Source: a virus (taxonomy: Duplodnaviria; Caudoviricetes). Taken from it: a stretch of 53,428 nt of DNA. Below are positions 16,132 through 24,170 of this stretch, in pieces. A program made the position numbers and the translations under genes. The notes below the pieces were generated by a model that was given only the letters and a program-made list of their open reading frames with translations, was not told where the DNA came from and ran no database searches. How positions within the stretch are numbered: the stretch's first letter is position 1; each line of letters opens with the position of its first letter. The DNA lies in IMG/VR virus record IMGVR_UViG_3300032303_001488, positions 1 to 53,428 of that record; one strand, given 5' to 3'.

Positions 16132-17443
16132 ACCCACCCCCCTGCTTGTAGAGATGGACAACCTTGGCCCACTCCGGTGTGGGATAGCCGGGGCATGCCT
16201 TGGTAAGTGCGATGATGACCCTTGCTCGGGGCTTGGGGCACCAGCGCGTCTCGCCGTCTGTGAGGACGACGATGGCATCGGGACGATCTTCCTTGTCCAC
16301 TTGGGTAACAGCGGTGCCCATGTTGGTGCCGCCGCCGCCCTCCCAACTGAACTGCTTGAGGCTTTGGATACGCTTCCGAGCTTGGATAGTGGCATCGAAG
16401 CACACCACCTTGGGACGCTGCACTTTGCGTAGTCCCGCAGCCAGTGCAACAAGTGCCCGCTCAGTGTTATCCCCGCACTGCATGGAGCCAGAGGTATCGA
16501 CGATGATGGCACACTCTGGCGACACTCTCCGAACACCCGGCTTGAGGATGTCTCCCGGCCATGGGTGACGAGCAGGACGGGCAGAGGTTCGCTCCTCTGC
16601 ACCGATGGGGCTGGCAACAGACTTCGCGGCCAGCGTTTGAAGCTGCCGGAATGGGTCTGGTTGTGGCCGTAGTCGGGCAGATACCGCAGCCTTGAGCGCA
16701 CCGGGGGCTGAACCTGGGGCGGCATCGACTGCCTTCTCAATCTCCTTCAACTGGTCAAGCTGCCGAGCCAAGTCGGACATCTTGAACGGCTTTTCCCATG
16801 GCTTCTGCACCCCGTCAGAGGCACTGCCCTCCATGTCGGGGTCGTTGTTCGGCCCCCTGCCGTCATCGCCACCACCTTCGCCGCCCTTGTCGTCGCCCTC
16901 TTCACCCTCGTCGTCCCTCTTCTTCTTGAGGTAGTGAGGGGCAAGCAGACCAACGTAGGTTTCCGTTGTCAGTCCACCCCGTACCATGGGAAGGTCTTTG
17001 AATGGGGCATCGAACTCTGGCAGTTGGCTATCCAATGTCAGTGCATCTGCCGGGAGCTTGGTATCCCGAGCCAGCAGTTGATTGACAGCCAAGTCGGCAG
17101 CGATGTTCCAGACCTTGCGCTGATCCTCAGTGGGAGTACCACCCACCCAATCCTCACGCCGCTTGGCGTGGGAAAGGGCGAGATGATAGACCTCATGGAT
17201 GAGGATGGCAGCCAAGTCCTCCTTGCTGCGTGTCGCACAGTTGTTCTCATTGACATACAGACGGCCCACCTTATCGACGGCCATCACTGGTACGTCGGGT
17301 GTTATCACCACCGGCATGGTGGTAAGCACCTTGTAGAAGAACGGGCAGATAGAACCGGCGACCTTGCGAGCAGCGTAGAGCTTCTTGCGGATGTCGCTGA
17401 TGGGCTTGCGCCCTGTTGGCATGATCGAAGTCATGGGTATCAA
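16121..17443 (-). CDS. DUF2201-like metallopeptidase plus VWA domain protein
   Basis: LIHEVYHL, WNIAADLAVN, MIDAS DTSGS, GGGGT, VVLTDG. Confidence 0.9.
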   Translation of the reverse strand: MIPMTSIMPTGRKPISDIRKKLYAARKVAGSICPFFYKVLTTMPVVITPDVPVMAVDKVGRLYVNENNCATRSKEDLAAILIHEVYHLALSHAKRREDWVGGTPTEDQRKVWNIAADLAVNQLLARDTKLPADALTLDSQLPEFDAPFKDLPMVRGGLTTETYVGLLAPHYLKKKRDDEGEEGDDKGGEGGGDDGRGPNNDPDMEGSASDGVQKPWEKPFKMSDLARQLDQLKEIEKAVDAAPGSAPGALKAAVSARLRPQPDPFRQLQTLAAKSVASPIGAEERTSARPARHPWPGDILKPGVRRVSPECAIIVDTSGSMQCGDNTERALVALAAGLRKVQRPKVVCFDATIQARKRIQSLKQFSWEGGGGTNMGTAVTQVDKEDRPDAIVVLTDGETRWCPKPRARVIIALTKACPGYPTPEWAKVVHLYKQGGGYES

Positions 17444-18534
17444 CCCTCCAGTTGGGAAACGATGCGGGAGTAACGGGTAAGCAGGGACATGGGAATCTCG
17501 TAGCTGGGGAACAGCTCTGTGATCTGTGCCAGTGACGGCACGGACAGCTCGGCCAAGTCGTTCTCGGCCATGGACACGAGAATCTCCGACAGCTTGTTGA
17601 GCCGCTTGTCGGTGGGGTTCTGTGCCGCAGCAGAGAGCAGGGCTGGGGGCAGGCAGGAGAGAACGTCACCCCGGTCGCCGGTCATGTCGATGACAACCTT
17701 GCCATCCAGAGCCTCGTCTGGATCGTAAAGCTCAAGGGCATCGACATACCGGGACAGTTCGGTGGCACCACCCTCGCCAACCATGCCGGTGGCAAGCTCC
17801 ATCTTGACATCGTCCTCGGCACCCACCTTGTCGGCCCCTGCCAAGCAGAGCGACAGGTTGTACCAAGAGCGAAGTGAGCAGTAGCCGAACGCATCTTCGG
17901 CCAGCTTCATCTCCTTGCGGAGCGACGGCTGGGCCTTGAGCAGATTGCTAGTCAGGCATGTCCACTTCGGCACGAACGCAGAGTAGTCACCCACAATCGG
18001 GATGTTGGTGGGGGCCTCGAACTGACCACCCTTCTGCATACCGGCATACCAAGAGTCGAACGGCAGTGCCCACTTGTGGTGGTAGCAGCGGTTCAACAGC
18101 GACGGCTCAAGGGGACTGCCGTTCGGGGCGAACTCCGGGGGGTTAGCAGCACCAGCCCGGATGGTAGTGGGATGGAACGTCAGGCTACCGATCTTGCCCT
18201 CATTGAGAGCAGAGAGCAGCACTGCCTTCATGGCCGACGCAGTAGTGGTCAGTTCGTCCAGCATGAAGAACCAGTTCGGTTCAGTCAGTGCCATGATGAA
18301 CTCCATGGGCAGCATCTCGACCAGCTTCTTGGACAGGTTGGCATGCGGCAGGCCACCCAAGTCCTCGGGGGCATGCTGGCTGGGGATGAAGCAATAGAAC
18401 TTCATGCCGAGAGCCTTGGCGACAGCTTCGAGCAGGGCGTTCTTGCCCTCGCCGGGGCCACCCCAAGCGATGCTCGCCACACCGCACTGCAATGCGATGA
18501 AGTAGGAGATGTTCAGACAGGTCAACGTATTCAT
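17440..18534 (-). CDS. MoxR-family AAA+ ATPase
   Basis: WGGPGEGK, PEDLGGLP, MLDEL, GAANPP, SLLNR, SLRSW. Confidence 0.9.
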   Translation of the reverse strand: MNTLTCLNISYFIALQCGVASIAWGGPGEGKNALLEAVAKALGMKFYCFIPSQHAPEDLGGLPHANLSKKLVEMLPMEFIMALTEPNWFFMLDELTTTASAMKAVLLSALNEGKIGSLTFHPTTIRAGAANPPEFAPNGSPLEPSLLNRCYHHKWALPFDSWYAGMQKGGQFEAPTNIPIVGDYSAFVPKWTCLTSNLLKAQPSLRKEMKLAEDAFGYCSLRSWYNLSLCLAGADKVGAEDDVKMELATGMVGEGGATELSRYVDALELYDPDEALDGKVVIDMTGDRGDVLSCLPPALLSAAAQNPTDKRLNKLSEILVSMAENDLAELSVPSLAQITELFPSYEIPMSLLTRYSRIVSQLEG

Positions 18535-18566
18535 GGGTCTATGTACCTTTGTTCATGTGGATGTGT

Positions 18567-18605
18567 AAAACTCAGCGGGGTGCCGGAACAGCCCGACACC
18601 CCGCT
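18567..18605 (-). terminator. Hairpin plus short U-run, possible intrinsic terminator/attenuator
   Basis: AGCGGGGTG (18574-18582) pairs with CACCCCGCT (18597-18605); AAAA at 18567-18570. Confidence 0.5.
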
Positions 18606-18627
18606 CACCGCACTACCCCTTCGGGGT
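18606..18627 (-). repeat. 22-bp regulatory repeat, copy 1 (ACCCCGAAGGGGTAGTGCGGTG on - strand)
   Basis: Identical at 20173-20194 and 21849-21870; intergenic. Confidence 0.9.
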
Positions 18628-18631
18628 AGCA

Positions 18632-19513
18632 CTACTTCGCCATCTTGATGCCCTCTGCACCGATGGCAGCACGGGTCTGCTGGATGGCAGACTTGCACTT
18701 GCTGAAAGGCTTGCCGAAGAAACCGGCCATGGTCTTGAGTTGCTTCTCAGCTTCCATCAACTCATGGACACGACGAGCCTGCCCGTTCTTACGAGGGGCA
18801 GCACCAGCCGAATACAGAGCCTTGACCTCGGCCTGCATCTCCGCACAGTGAGCGGTCAGTCGCTCCTCGAAGAACTCACTGACCTGTTGCACCAGCCCCA
18901 TGTTCATCTCGGGCTGGAACACGACATGGGACAGCACTGGCCCATGGTTGGAGAGCAGCGTTCCGATCTGCTCATAGGGTGCAAGGTGATCCTTGGTGAC
19001 GAAGTAAACGCCACCACCATCACGCAGCAAGACACCCCGCATCTTCTTGATGAGTGCCACTACTGCCGTGGTCACTTTGTTAGCATCGACGTTGGCAGTG
19101 GCAGCTTCGTACTCGGCCTGTGCCGCAGCGACGAAGTCCGCTTGGTTAGCCGCCGCCACCGGACAGTTGACCGCATCAACGTCCAGCATCTTGATGTTGC
19201 CAGCCTTGGTCACGCCCAAGGAGAACAGGAAGGGCATGTCGTTACGACGCAGACCCTTCTTGAACTGGCGGGCTTCGATGGCGATGGCATCCCGCTGTGC
19301 TTGGAGCGGGGTAAGTGTCACCTTGAAGTCCTCGTCCAGCCCCATGGCATGAGACACAGTCTTGGCCGACTCCTTGAGGCTGAACATCTGGTCAACCTTG
19401 GGCACCATGTGCCCCGCACCGATCTTGTCAAAAGCCTCCTGCAAATAACGACGCTCCATCGCTGCTGCCTTCCAGAAAAGGATGGCACCCTCACTGCTAA
19501 CCCTGCGGATCAC
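18632..19513 (-). CDS. Conserved hypothetical protein associated with MoxR-VWA loci (DUF6744-like)
   Basis: G.ILFW N-terminus and LRDGGGVYFV motif; AAGGAG RBS before GTG at 19513; family name from recall. Confidence 0.7.
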   Translation of the reverse strand: MIRRVSSEGAILFWKAAAMERRYLQEAFDKIGAGHMVPKVDQMFSLKESAKTVSHAMGLDEDFKVTLTPLQAQRDAIAIEARQFKKGLRRNDMPFLFSLGVTKAGNIKMLDVDAVNCPVAAANQADFVAAAQAEYEAATANVDANKVTTAVVALIKKMRGVLLRDGGGVYFVTKDHLAPYEQIGTLLSNHGPVLSHVVFQPEMNMGLVQQVSEFFEERLTAHCAEMQAEVKALYSAGAAPRKNGQARRVHELMEAEKQLKTMAGFFGKPFSKCKSAIQQTRAAIGAEGIKMAK

Positions 19514-19572
19514 TTGGAATCTCCTTGAGAAATTGGGTACGGAATCAATCATCACGCCTTGTCAAGACCTGC

Positions 19573-19619
19573 AAAAAGGAGCGGCCCGCTGGCCACGCCG
19601 AAGCGCAACCAGCGGGCCG
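19573..19619 (-). terminator. Probable intrinsic terminator
   Basis: CGGCCCGCTGG/CCAGCGGGCCG stem followed on - strand by TTTTT. Confidence 0.6.
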
Positions 19620-19648
19620 TCATCCCGCAGGGTTCGTTGTTGTCTGGA

Positions 19649-20041
19649 CTAGCCCTTGAGCCGCTCCAGAATGTCATCAGCGTTGTCGCGGATGACCTCG
19701 ACGATGGTGCAGAGGGCATGGAGAAGGTCGCCCAGCGGCTCCTCTTCCTCCTCGTCCTCCTCCTCCACGACAGGGATGGCCTTGCCGCGAATCTTGCCGA
19801 GAGTGGGGGGAGTCTCGTCCTCTTCCTCCTCCTCTTCGTCCTCATCCTCGTCGTCGTCGCCGTCGTCCTCGTCCTCTTCGACCTCGTCCTCGTCCTCTTC
19901 CTCCTCCTCGACCGCAACCGGGGCAGGCTTGGAGGACAGACGACCATTGCGGGGAGCAGGGGCCGCAGCCACCGCAGCCTTGCCCGCCGCCAACTTACGC
20001 AGATTTTCCAGAGCCTTGGAACCGACCATTGCCTTCGCCAT
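19649..20041 (-). CDS. Acidic low-complexity protein
   Basis: AGGAG RBS before MAKAMVG; long E/D tracts. Confidence 0.75.
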   Translation of the reverse strand: MAKAMVGSKALENLRKLAAGKAAVAAAPAPRNGRLSSKPAPVAVEEEEEDEDEVEEDEDDGDDDEDEDEEEEEEDETPPTLGKIRGKAIPVVEEEDEEEEEPLGDLLHALCTIVEVIRDNADDILERLKG

Positions 20042-20120
20042 GTGAAACACTCCTGCAAAAAGGATGAAACCAAAAACCAATTCAAGCCCTGACATTAGGA
20101 ACCTCTTGTCAAGACCTACG

Positions 20121-20158
20121 AAAAAACCGGGGCCGGTCGAGAACGCCTCGACCGGCCC
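20121..20158 (-). terminator. Intrinsic terminator
   Basis: GGGCCGGTCGAG/CTCGACCGGCCC 12-bp stem followed on - strand by TTTTTT. Confidence 0.75.
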
Positions 20159-20172
20159 GCCGTCGAACAGCC

Positions 20173-20194
20173 CACCGCACTACCCCTTCGGGGT
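20173..20194 (-). repeat. 22-bp regulatory repeat, copy 2
   Basis: CACCGCACTACCCCTTCGGGGT on + strand. Confidence 0.9.
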
Positions 20195-20234
20195 TAGCCA
20201 TGGGAGTTACTTGTTGTGCCAGGTATGCAGATAG

Positions 20235-20558
20235 CTACACCTCACGCACAAACCCATCATCTGACTCCTGCATGCGGATCGTCTTGCTGTAGTTGAAAAT
20301 CTCGGGGAACAGTTCCCTGTCCTCTGGCAGAATTTCCACAGACACACTGCCGTCGCTGTGCTGGGTGCAGAACTCCAAGCTCTTTTCCCACAGGTACGGC
20401 AAGTAAAACATTTGGCCCTCGAACTTCCCCGGATTGGTGATGAATCCGCACTCATCACACGCATATCCGTAGGTCAATCGGTAGTTTCTGGCTGGCGAGT
20501 CGGGGCCAGCCATGATCTCCCGGTGAATGCCGAGTCCTTTCTTTTGTCTCTTCATCAC
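20235..20558 (-). CDS. Hypothetical protein
   Basis: GTGA coupling; PGKFEG..Y.PYLW motif. Confidence 0.7.
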   Translation of the reverse strand: MMKRQKKGLGIHREIMAGPDSPARNYRLTYGYACDECGFITNPGKFEGQMFYLPYLWEKSLEFCTQHSDGSVSVEILPEDRELFPEIFNYSKTIRMQESDDGFVREV

Positions 20559-20950
20559 TTGGGCAACCCCGTAATCTCAGTAGGACTCATGGTGTTGGGG
20601 GTAAACACCACGCCCTGCCGGTTGACGACCAGCCCCTTGACGCCTGCCGCCGAGTGCATGGAATCAGAGAGAATCCTGACCCAGCGCAGGAACAGTTGCT
20701 CCTCACTCCACGACAGGTTGCCACTGTTGATGGCCTTGCCAAGCTCATCGCTCACAGTGGTGACTGCCGCCAACAGTTCCGGTGCAGCCTTGATGAGATG
20801 CTGCACTTGGCCGGGGTCGGCACCGCCCTGTGTCCATTCGTAGTTCTGCAACCAGCACACCTTGCGGTCAGTGGCGTCGTCATAGACGCAGACCTTGTCC
20901 TCATGCCAATCGCCCAGCGACCACTTCGTATCCTTTGTTACCATGCTCAT
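20555..20950 (-). CDS. HTPGPW/AAPELL family paralogue
   Basis: WSLGDW...HLIKAAPELLAAV resembles 13067-13390. Confidence 0.7.
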   Translation of the reverse strand: MSMVTKDTKWSLGDWHEDKVCVYDDATDRKVCWLQNYEWTQGGADPGQVQHLIKAAPELLAAVTTVSDELGKAINSGNLSWSEEQLFLRWVRILSDSMHSAAGVKGLVVNRQGVVFTPNTMSPTEITGLPK

Positions 20951-21165
20951 TCTGCTAACCTTTCTGCGTTGTTATGTGCCACAATCTCATCGACCAAGGA
21001 GGCGACGCGCTCTCCCGGCCATATCCCAGCAGGAAATTCACACTTCCACTCAGGGCTGGACACCTTGTAGTTTCCTGTCTCCTTGTCCAGCGTCACCACA
21101 ATGGTGAACTCTCCGTACACCCCTTCGGGGTACGCTTGCTCTTCCGGCTCGTCTCTCCTTCTCAC
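20947..21165 (-). CDS. Hypothetical protein
   Basis: ATGA coupling downstream; contains a partial copy of the repeat hairpin at 21119-21131. Confidence 0.55.
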   Translation of the reverse strand: MRRRDEPEEQAYPEGVYGEFTIVVTLDKETGNYKVSSPEWKCEFPAGIWPGERVASLVDEIVAHNNAERLAE

Positions 21166-21173
21166 TGCTTGTC

Positions 21174-21386
21174 CTAACGGCTACGGCGATAACAGCGCAG
21201 GGCTTTGTGCTGATCGCCACGGGGAATAATGACGGCATAGCCCGCCGTTTTGTGACCGTACTCCATCAACACCATGGTTGGAGTCTCGGCACTACACTTG
21301 ACGCACACCATGGGCCTACCTGACGAACTCAGGAACTCAGCCCGCTGCTTGGGGAGCCTGCACTGACAGTGCATGCAGCGGCTCAA
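21174..21386 (-). CDS. DksA/TraR-like C4 zinc-finger protein
   Basis: CMHC..RLP..R...L......CVKC. Confidence 0.65.
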   Translation of the reverse strand: MSRCMHCQCRLPKQRAEFLSSSGRPMVCVKCSAETPTMVLMEYGHKTAGYAVIIPRGDQHKALRCYRRSR

Positions 21387-21787
21387 CTGGCACCCCCTTC
21401 GGCCTTGTGAATGGCCTCCTCTGCCATCAGCATCGCACTGGACAGGCCCGGATAGTAGTCGTCCTCCCGGTTGTCAACTGACTTGACGATTGCCTTGAGT
21501 GCAGTCAGCAACTCAGCGTTGAGCGGTTCGCTCTCGTCGTCCCATGAGGGGAACACGACGGGGCCATTGAACCCGAGGGTGCCATTGCCGAGGGCTTCGA
21601 GCAGTCGGGCATAGTTGCGCAGTGTGGTGGCCATATTGCCAGCGTAAATCTGCCACGAATCGGTCGCTGCCGAGGGGCCAATCTCGTCGCCGCACAGCCA
21701 TCGGTGGTGCTTGAGGATGGTGTCGCGGTAGCCAACCAAGTGTTCGTAGACGCCCTCAACCAAGATCGGTGCCATTGTTGTTTCCAT
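21383..21787 (-). CDS. Hypothetical protein
   Basis: First gene downstream of repeat copy 3; C-terminal ELLTALK...AIHKAEG resembles the tail of 13067-13390. Confidence 0.65.
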   Translation of the reverse strand: METTMAPILVEGVYEHLVGYRDTILKHHRWLCGDEIGPSAATDSWQIYAGNMATTLRNYARLLEALGNGTLGFNGPVVFPSWDDESEPLNAELLTALKAIVKSVDNREDDYYPGLSSAMLMAEEAIHKAEGGAS

Positions 21788-21848
21788 GAGTAGTGGGATA
21801 GGGACATCGGCAAACGCCGCTGCCGCCGGTCGATCCGGCTGGACAACC

Positions 21849-21870
21849 CACCGCACTACCCCTTCGGGGT
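21849..21870 (-). repeat. 22-bp regulatory repeat, copy 3
   Basis: Identical to copies 1 and 2. Confidence 0.9.
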
Positions 21871-22070
21871 TACTCCTTGTTGTTCATGGGTTTACTAGGA
21901 CGACAAGTAGGCACAGTTGGCCCATGGATACCCATGTATGTGACATGGCGTAATCCCGATGACGCAAATACATGTGCCCATACTCTGCCCCTACGCTGCC
22001 CGTACTCTACGCCCTTGCCCGCGCGTAGGCGCGTGCGTTAGGCCCATGATCATGGGGATAGTGACATGGA

Positions 22071-22097
22071 ACAGGTGGCGGGGGGGGATGTGCGGTG
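22071..22097 (+). promoter_or_regulatory. Repeat variant ACAGGT-NN-C-G8-W-TGTGCGGTG upstream of the 22162 gene
   Basis: 24/27 identical to 22593-22619; shares the GGGG-WW-GTGCGGTG core with the 22-bp repeats, in the direction of local genes. Confidence 0.65.
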
Positions 22098-22161
22098 GGT
22101 TGGATGTCCAGCCGATCACTCCGGTCGGTTGGCCTAACCCTAGCAACAAGGAATCTTGACC

Positions 22162-22500
22162 ATGAAAATGTGCATGACCCCCGACCAGCGCAAAGCCCTC
22201 ATCTCCGAGCGGAGTTTCAAGAGGGACAAGTACGAATGGGCACTGCGGCTCATCCAAGCGTCAGAGATGTGCTGCCCTCAGTGTCGCATGCTGACGGTGG
22301 CCATGCTCAACAAGGCCGACCGCATGGGCGTTCTCTCACAGGTCATCCAGACCACCTTGGAACTCTACTCCGCAGATGGTGGCGTCCATGTGGACGATCT
22401 GACACTGGTGCATGCCATTCGGGCCGCATGCCGATCCCATGGACTTGACGTTCAGCGGTTCCGTATTCGGCACCCCAGCCATGTCCCATGTCTGGCCTAG
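22162..22500 (+). CDS. Hypothetical protein
   Basis: AAGGA RBS; follows repeat variant. Confidence 0.65.
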   Translation: MKMCMTPDQRKALISERSFKRDKYEWALRLIQASEMCCPQCRMLTVAMLNKADRMGVLSQVIQTTLELYSADGGVHVDDLTLVHAIRAACRSHGLDVQRFRIRHPSHVPCLA

Positions 22501-22592
22501 TGCCCCCAGACTGTATTCACGCCCTGACACTATTCCCGCCATGTGCGGACATGGGTGCCAGGGCAGACCGCACTATCCCCATGCCTATATAG

Positions 22593-22619
22593 ACAGGTAT
22601 CGGGGGGGGTTGTGCGGTG
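22593..22619 (+). promoter_or_regulatory. Repeat variant upstream of the 22690 gene
   Basis: ACAGGTATCGGGGGGGGTTGTGCGGTG. Confidence 0.65.
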
Positions 22620-22689
22620 TGTTGAGTGTGGAGTGGTCAACGTCGATCACTCCCGATGGTTTCCTTCCTTCCTTGCAAGAGGTGTGACA

Positions 22690-23076
22690 ATGCCAAAGGC
22701 TACAAAGGCCGTGCAGATGGTTTCGATTTCGGCAGAAGAATATGAGGCTCTCAAAGCCGCAAAAGCGACCGGCGGCGGGAATCGTCCCGACACTGGCTTT
22801 TCGGAGCCAGAGCCCAACCCGACATACGAGGCGTATGTTCGGGAGCGGTACTTGACCGGCGGCGGATTGGCCCGATGGGTCGTGTCAACCGGCGGATGGG
22901 TGCATCTGCAACTCGACTTCGTTCCGAGGGCAGGCAAGGGCAGCCGAGCGGGATTCGGCGGATACTTCAACCGCTGGAGGGCGCGCTATGTCCCGTACTT
23001 CCGCTCGAAGGAATTCGGGGCCGATCTGGAGGCCTGTCGTGTCAACGGGGCGAAGGATGCTCCGTCCGGCGAGTGA
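22690..23076 (+). CDS. Hypothetical protein
   Basis: GAGGTG RBS before MPKATK. Confidence 0.7.
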   Translation: MPKATKAVQMVSISAEEYEALKAAKATGGGNRPDTGFSEPEPNPTYEAYVRERYLTGGGLARWVVSTGGWVHLQLDFVPRAGKGSRAGFGGYFNRWRARYVPYFRSKEFGADLEACRVNGAKDAPSGE

Positions 23077-23088
23077 TGCTAGGGGTGG

Positions 23089-23373
23089 CCATGGGGTGCA
23101 ACGGATTGCACCCCCATGGTTGCTCCGATGCTTGTCCCGATGGTATCGGGTTGAGCATCGGCGCAGCCGATAGGGGTGGCGGCTGACACTGTGGCGGCAG
23201 GCCATCACCGGGGATACCGGGAATGATGGTCGGCCATGGGCGGCCCTCGAAAAACTCCGAATTGCACGGGGTTTTCGGGGGGTGTTCCATCAGCCGCGCT
23301 GCAAACTGTGGGCGGGCCTTGACTTGCAAGAGTCGAGGCCCGCCCACCCCCTTTTGGACGCACGCATGCGTCC
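23089..23373 (+). other. Dense tandem hairpin array (candidate ncRNA or genome-end/packaging region)
   Basis: About seven consecutive stems including a 17-bp stem at 23308-23347; several non-Watson-Crick positions are G-U compatible on + strand. Confidence 0.5.
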
Positions 23374-23571
23374 CGTCCACCTCCTGACTTTTTTCCCATT
23401 TTGCAAACTGGTTAGTGCCATACCCAAACAGATAAGACTCCCGCGTTTCCCGAATTGCGAAACGGTGCCCCATGGGCCTGCGAAACGGTGCCTGTTCCAC
23501 ATTCGCGTATCTAGAACAAACGCAGTATTAGGCCGAGTTAGTAGGCTTCGCTGTATATGGCCACACTTCCT

Positions 23572-23587
23572 GCTGGTAGCTCTTGAC
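23572..23587 (+). repeat. 16-bp direct repeat GCTGGTAGCTCTTGAC, copy 2
   Basis: Identical to 5191-5206. Confidence 0.75.
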
Positions 23588-23608
23588 GGCGTCGTGACAA
23601 TGACGCCC

Positions 23609-23866
23609 ATGACCATGCCAGACGAGAGATACCGTTCGTTGCTGTATGTCAGGGATTTTCTCTACGACCTTCTTGATCCCAAGATGACAGAGAGAGTCCC
23701 CTCCGCAGTGCGACAACGGGCCAGAAGAGTGTTACGCCACTACCCATTGCAATATGAGATAGAGCTACTCGCCAAGAAGGCTCCCGAGCTGCTCGACGCG
23801 AATAGTCGCCAGTTCCCGGTACTACTCACAGACACAACCGCAGCGGCGGGACAGGGATCGGACTGA
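23609..23866 (+). CDS. BPSL0761-like small protein
   Basis: MTMPDER...RDFL.DL...VP..VR..ARR.LRHYP. Confidence 0.75.
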   Translation: MTMPDERYRSLLYVRDFLYDLLDPKMTERVPSAVRQRARRVLRHYPLQYEIELLAKKAPELLDANSRQFPVLLTDTTAAAGQGSD

Positions 23867-23915
23867 TAAACCGACACTCCTCACCCCCGCTGCTGCGGTT
23901 CTCTAGGAGACACCC

Positions 23916-24170
23916 ATGAGCGATAGCCCCGAAGCTATTGAACCGGACATCCTTGAAAGACTCCGACCTATCCCTGACCGTCTGGCCAAAGAGGCTTTGG
24001 ACGAGATCAAGAAGCTGCGGGACGCCCTCAAGTCTGCACTAGACCAACGCGACTTGCTGGCCGTGAAGGTCAGTCAGTGGGAAGCGTCCTACGTATTCAA
24101 CGTAGACGAGCGGGAGTCGATCAAAGAGGCCATCGTAGCTCTTCGATCCCTACTGGATAGAACCAAATGA
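23916..24170 (+). CDS. Hypothetical protein
   Basis: AGGAG RBS; DILERLR...EALDEIKKLR...DERESI...LRSLLDR. Confidence 0.7.
   Translation: MSDSPEAIEPDILERLRPIPDRLAKEALDEIKKLRDALKSALDQRDLLAVKVSQWEASYVFNVDERESIKEAIVALRSLLDRTK

Noticed and set aside
19540-19566. Canonical sigma-70 promoters at TTGACA sites (5202, ~19560, ~20107)
   Set aside because: No acceptable -10 hexamer at 16-18 bp spacing; kept only as an unexplained repeated motif
19552-20092. Poly-Ser, Leu/Val-rich and Arg-rich ORFs
   Set aside because: Alternative-frame readings of the GAG/GAC tracts of the acidic gene 19649-20041
18606-21870. CRISPR array formed by the 22-bp repeats
   Set aside because: Copies are about 1.6 kb apart with whole genes between them; no cas genes recognised
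23042-23600. ORFs 23042-23500 (-) and the 5' extension of 23282-23866 (+)
   Set aside because: No RBS or protein-like motifs; the region is dominated by hairpins and the recognisable family starts at 23609
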